DNA of 64,000 nucleotides from Acidimicrobiia bacterium (GTDB lineage Bacteria > Actinomycetota > Acidimicrobiia > Spongiisociales > JAHEDJ01): contig JARGFH010000001.1 in assembly GCA_029210695.1 (NCBI GenBank), positions 1-64,000 on the forward strand, written 5' to 3'. The notes beneath the pieces were generated by a model that made no database searches, was not told the DNA's origin, and saw only the letters and a list, made by a program, of their open reading frames with translations. This document shows positions 60,039-64,000 of the stretch, piece by piece. Position 1 is the first letter of the stretch, and each line of letters opens with the position of its first letter. Both the position numbers and the translations under genes were made by a program.

Positions 60039-60473
60039 TCAAGCTCGTTGGTCGGGGAAGTCCTCCTCAATGTGGGCAAACATCTGATCGGCTTCTACCG
60101 AAACCTGGCGCCACCGCTCGGCATCCCAGATCTCGATCCGCTCGGCGACTCCGACAACGGCGAGATCCTTCTCGAGGGCGGCAAACGAACGAAAGTTCTG
60201 CGGAATGGTGATCCGGCCCTGAGCATCGAGACTCTGAGGCTCGGAACCGGTGAAGAACGACCTCTTGAAGGCTCGAGTACGGCTGTTGGTGTCGGGAAGT
60301 CGCTTCATGCGTTCCGCTTCTTCCTTCCAATCGCCCGTGGGCCAGATGAAGACACACTCGTCCTGACCCTTGGTGAGGACACAGCCGTCCTTTTCAAGCG
60401 CCTTGCGGAAGCGGGCGGGCAACACGACCCGGCCCTTTCCGTCCATTGTGTGCTGATACTCACCGACGAACAC
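60039..60473 (-). CDS. mraZ: Transcriptional regulator MraZ
   Basis: FVGEYQHTMDGKGRVVLP, DAQGRITIP, RIEIW; GTG start. Confidence 0.96.
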   Translation of the reverse strand: MFVGEYQHTMDGKGRVVLPARFRKALEKDGCVLTKGQDECVFIWPTGDWKEEAERMKRLPDTNSRTRAFKRSFFTGSEPQSLDAQGRITIPQNFRSFAALEKDLAVVGVAERIEIWDAERWRQVSVEADQMFAHIEEDFPDQRA

Positions 60474-60516
60474 TCCACACTCGCCCTCGTAGTCACCGGC
60501 CTGGTTCTCCTGTTCG

Positions 60517-60549
60517 ACCCACTTTGCCCCATTCCCCCCCACTTGTCAA
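60517..60549 (-). promoter_or_regulatory. dcw promoter with overlapping MraZ boxes
   Basis: TTGACA-17nt-CAAAGT; three TGGG repeats at 10-nt period (AGTGGG, AATGGG, AGTGGG). Confidence 0.8.
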
Positions 60550-60699
60550 CCCTTTCGTGCCACTTTCTCACCAAATGCCCCCAAATGTGCCCTGGACACC
60601 CCACAAGGAGCCCGACCCGTCTGGCAGGCGCGGCGGGGATCAGCCCCAGGAACGGCGTTCTGCCGGTATGGTGGCGCCGACCGACAAAGGGAGCATTCG

Positions 60700-61221
60700 A
60701 TGAAAGTTCTGATCGCCACCGACGGCACCCTCGATCCGATCGCGGCGGCGGAGGCGTCGGCGCGCCTCGCCGGCCAGGATGGCGAAGTCACCGTCTTTAC
60801 AGTCGTTGAAATACCCAGGAGACTGCTGACCGATCTCCGCGAGGTCTATGGGGAGTCATCGACCCCGCCGCCGATCTTCGACCTGTCGATCGAGACGGCC
60901 GGTCACCCAACCCCCCGCCCCCACCTCAGCTCGGACTGGCCCGGCGACGACACCTTCATCCGCCGCTACGTCGATGACCAGAAGACCAGCCGGACGGAGC
61001 CTCTCGTGGCTGCGCTGGCCGACCGCGGTATCACTACACACCCGATCGCCGTTGAGAGCGAGGACCCGGTGGCTGAGATACTGAAGATGTCGGCCGACGG
61101 CAACTACGACGTCATCTGCGTTGGTTCCCGCGGTCAGGGTCGATTCGACGGGTTCCTGGGCTCGACTTCGACAAAGATCATCCGCAGAGCTCCGCGGGCG
61201 GTTTTGACCATCCGTTCCTGA
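60700..61221 (+). CDS. Universal stress protein
   Basis: MKVLIATDG, YDVICVGSRG, FLGSTSTKIIRRAPRAVL. Confidence 0.92.
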   Translation: MKVLIATDGTLDPIAAAEASARLAGQDGEVTVFTVVEIPRRLLTDLREVYGESSTPPPIFDLSIETAGHPTPRPHLSSDWPGDDTFIRRYVDDQKTSRTEPLVAALADRGITTHPIAVESEDPVAEILKMSADGNYDVICVGSRGQGRFDGFLGSTSTKIIRRAPRAVLTIRS

Positions 61222-61386
61222 CTCGCAACACGACGCCACACTATGGCCGTCGTTTTATCCGAATAACTCTCTTGTAACTACACGTTTGTAGTTCAAAGAG
61301 TTTGGCGAGAAAACCCTCAATAGAGGTCAGAATGCTCCCGAAGTCTGAGTTAAGTACAAATGCTCAGCAAAAGGGAGACGCGACGC

Positions 61387-62628
61387 ATGGTGCGGAAAGT
61401 TATGCTCTTGGCAGCAGTATTGCTGCTCATAATGACCGGAGTAGCGTCCGCGCGTCCCGGCGCAGTCAATCTGGCCGGTTTGCAGGATTCCGCCGCGGAA
61501 GACGAAGCCGGCACTGCCCTACCGGTCGAATCGCTGCTACTGGGGGAACGCTATTCCAACGGCCTCTTCGATCTGGAGGTTCAGGATGCGTTCGCCGTCG
61601 ACTCACCTCTCTACCCCGGATACGACGAGGTTCGCCTCTCCGTGGCGTTCCGGCACAACACAGATGTATCGTGGCTGCCGTCCGCCTACGCGTTCACAGG
61701 CGAGTACGGATACCCGGTCCTCCAACTCGTGGACGGCGCCGGTGAGGTGCACGATATTCCGACCAACGTGTTGCCACTTCGGGTCGATGTTGTCGACGAG
61801 GAGTCAGACACCACGACGACGGTGCAGTTGGGCGAGTTCAGCTACCAGGTAGGCGGTTATGCATTGACGATGCAACCGCGCGGAGTCCCCGCTCGCTGGA
61901 CGGTCGGCTTCCGTGTGCCTTCGGTGTCCGACTTCGACCTCATCGTCCAAGCGTCGTTCGGCGGACTGGTCGTAGCCGAGTGGGATCTCGAATCCAATGC
62001 AGTCCGGCCGACCGGCTGGGATCGACCGGAAGGATTCGACTTTGCCGAGCTCGGCGATGCCATCGTCTGGGGTGACTCACTTCTCGTCGAACCGAAAGCC
62101 GTTGCGACGGCCGTTTGCGCCGATCCCCGGTTCGGACATGTGACCGTCGATGCTTCGGTGCTGCTCGGTGTCTCCAGCATCGTCAACGAAGACACCCTCT
62201 GGCCCGCAGTCGAGTATCCAGAAATGGTGGCGATCGCCATCTGGGACGACGGCACCTCGGCCAGGTACTCGGACGGGTCGGCTGCGTTCTACGACGACGA
62301 CAGCGACGACATGCTCTTTGACCGTTTCGTTCTTCCGTACGGCGAGCACGTTGTGATTCCCCCGCAAACGGACCACGATCGGTTCATGGAGTTCCTGGCA
62401 CCGCGGGACTCACGGTTCTCCGATGTGACCGGGAACCCGGTCGCGCTCGTCCTCTACCCACCGGATGGCCCGGCGGTGTGGGTCGACCTCGTCACCGACC
62501 CGTCGGGAAGCATCAACGAGTTCGATTGCGCAGTTCCGAGCTTCCACCTGTTCTCGGTGGATAGGCAGGGCACCGCCCCCGAGCCTCCCCCGCCAACACT
62601 CGATCCGGACACGATCTTCGACGCATAG
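61387..62628 (+). CDS. Secreted acidic hypothetical protein
   Basis: SD AAGGGAG; Sec signal MVRKVMLLAAVLLLIMTGVASA; beta-rich acidic mature region; Pro-rich tail. Confidence 0.8.
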   Translation: MVRKVMLLAAVLLLIMTGVASARPGAVNLAGLQDSAAEDEAGTALPVESLLLGERYSNGLFDLEVQDAFAVDSPLYPGYDEVRLSVAFRHNTDVSWLPSAYAFTGEYGYPVLQLVDGAGEVHDIPTNVLPLRVDVVDEESDTTTTVQLGEFSYQVGGYALTMQPRGVPARWTVGFRVPSVSDFDLIVQASFGGLVVAEWDLESNAVRPTGWDRPEGFDFAELGDAIVWGDSLLVEPKAVATAVCADPRFGHVTVDASVLLGVSSIVNEDTLWPAVEYPEMVAIAIWDDGTSARYSDGSAAFYDDDSDDMLFDRFVLPYGEHVVIPPQTDHDRFMEFLAPRDSRFSDVTGNPVALVLYPPDGPAVWVDLVTDPSGSINEFDCAVPSFHLFSVDRQGTAPEPPPPTLDPDTIFDA

Positions 62629-62653
62629 CCGGGGCTGGTCCGAGCGGTCGACC

Positions 62654-63154
62654 TCAGGCCGATACACCCAAGAACTGCAGCCAGTGCGGGTCCACCGAAG
62701 GGCCCGCACTTGCGTAGACCCATCCGAACCGCCACGGCGGTTTCGGCGACCGGGAGAGGTTGAGCCCGATCTCGTGAGGCAACCGATCCGCCTTGCGCAG
62801 ATTGCAGCGCCGGCAACTTGCCACCACGTTCTCCCATTCATGCGCACCTCCCCGCGAGCGAGGCAACACATGGTCGATGCTCTCAGCAGGGGCGTCGCAG
62901 TACTGACACAGGTGCCCGTCGCGAGCGAGTATCGCTCGCCTGGTCGGTGGAACTCGCCGGTGATGCGGAACCTTCACGTACCGGATGAGCCGCACCACGG
63001 ATGGGACCTCTATCGACCTCCGCTCCGAGCGCAGGCAATTCTCGCCGGACGCTACGACGGAGGCCTTGTTGTTCAAGACGAGCACAACGGCCCGCCGTGC
63101 ACTGACAACAGAGACGGGTTCATAGGTACTGTTCAACACGAGTGCACTGGGCAC
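62654..63154 (-). CDS. HNH endonuclease (McrA-like)
   Basis: LVLNSTYEP, RDGHLCQYC, IDHVLPRSRGG, WENVVASCRRCN; SD AGGAGG before GTG. Confidence 0.92.
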   Translation of the reverse strand: MPSALVLNSTYEPVSVVSARRAVVLVLNNKASVVASGENCLRSERRSIEVPSVVRLIRYVKVPHHRRVPPTRRAILARDGHLCQYCDAPAESIDHVLPRSRGGAHEWENVVASCRRCNLRKADRLPHEIGLNLSRSPKPPWRFGWVYASAGPSVDPHWLQFLGVSA

Positions 63155-63249
63155 CCGGACCTCCTGCAAAAGATGCATCAGAATACCAGCGAGGGAAGGC
63201 TGACCCGGAACCTCTTCTTTGAGTCCTTGACCTCACTGATTGTGAGAGC

Positions 63250-63819
63250 TTGACTACCGGTGAAACCCAGACCGGAGACCGCTTGAACGTTGTCGGATAC
63301 ATACGCGAGCCTTCGAACGCTGAATCGGGAGACACGATGTTTGCCCAGTCTGAGCGCGTTCGGCGATGGGTGGCGCGCAACGGGTACCACCTGGTGGCGC
63401 TCTTTCAGGACACCGCCGGCACCCGAAGGAACCTCGACGGTCTACGGGCGTTGATCGGCATCGCCTCGCGCGGGCAAGCTGATCTCGTGGTTCTTCCCGG
63501 CCTGGCCGCGCTGTCCCCGGACAAGGTCATCCAAGAACTGATGCTCCGGAAGCTTCGCTCCCACGGGCTGGCGGTGGCCTCAACGGAAGAACCGGATCAC
63601 GCCGATCTCTCCGAACCGGCGGTCGATCCCGCCCGAATGCTGATCCGCGATGTATTGCAGCGCGCCGACGAGTTCAACGATCTCCTGACCTCGACCGAAG
63701 CTGCGCCGACCCTGAAGGTGGCCCGGCCCGTGCCCGTCCCCCGACCGGATCGTTCAGAGGCGGACGCCGACGTGCTCATCGAATTCGTAGAGATCATCAA
63801 CGCGGCCAACGCCTCATAG
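63250..63819 (+). CDS. Serine recombinase (resolvase N-terminal)-like protein with degenerate catalytic motifs
   Basis: VVGYIRE...Q...RRW...GYHLVALFQD...GLRALI...DLVVL pattern of the resolvase fold. Confidence 0.7.
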   Translation: MTTGETQTGDRLNVVGYIREPSNAESGDTMFAQSERVRRWVARNGYHLVALFQDTAGTRRNLDGLRALIGIASRGQADLVVLPGLAALSPDKVIQELMLRKLRSHGLAVASTEEPDHADLSEPAVDPARMLIRDVLQRADEFNDLLTSTEAAPTLKVARPVPVPRPDRSEADADVLIEFVEIINAANAS

Positions 63820-63852
63820 ATCGCAATCGGCAAGCTGCCACGTGCCCGTTGT

Positions 63853-63999
63853 CTAATCGGTGAGCGCAGCCCAGACTGCCCGGCCAAATGCGAACTCCCA
63901 GCCGACCGTCACAAAGGCTGCGCCGACTGCCAGGTCTCCGGCTCCCCTATCGAGCACGACGGTGATGATTTCCCGACTCCCCTCGGAGGCTCGATGGAT
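63853..63999 (-). CDS. C-terminus of a hypothetical protein running off the window
   Basis: Open frame IHRASEGSREIITVVLDRGAGDLAVGAAFVTVGWEFAFGRAVWAALTD*. Confidence 0.5.
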   Translation of the reverse strand: MHRASEGSREIITVVLDRGAGDLAVGAAFVTVGWEFAFGRAVWAALTD

Positions 64000-64000
64000 T

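Overview
High-GC actinobacterial chromosome segment, most likely class Acidimicrobiia (inferred from gene content and order). Left edge (1-1427): three nested insertion sequences (an ISL3 right end inside an IS3-like integrase, inside an IS21 istA) that interrupt a GT-C-like membrane gene at the end of a Tad/Flp pilus assembly operon (cpaB-cpaE-tadA-[vWA-tadB fusion]-tadC). Housekeeping genes follow: rpsA, polA, tRNA-Leu(CAA), a split trp cluster (trpE-ygfZ / two-component pair / trpCFBA), ccdA, nth, xpt, a tandem-domain thyX, an ArsA-like ATPase pair, dnaE, a rhomboid protease, a DUF2090 aldolase-like gene with two different PFKs, rluD-lspA-dksA-like, ileS, and the dcw cluster from divIVA to mraZ, which lacks murF. 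The dcw cluster carries MraZ boxes, a mraW-motif-like hairpin and an FtsR-like operator. Right edge: USP, an orphan secreted protein, an HNH nuclease and a serine-recombinase-like protein with degenerate catalytic motifs. Most notable unexplained signals: a ~125-nt rod-like hairpin with a C-rich loop beside tRNA-Leu (candidate ncRNA), dispersed 7-bp-period intergenic repeats of several sequences, the DUF2090 + PPi-type + ATP-type PFK module, a structured leader/uORF before the Tad operon, and widespread leaderless starts. All calls come from reading the sequence and supplied translations; no database searches or folding programs were run.
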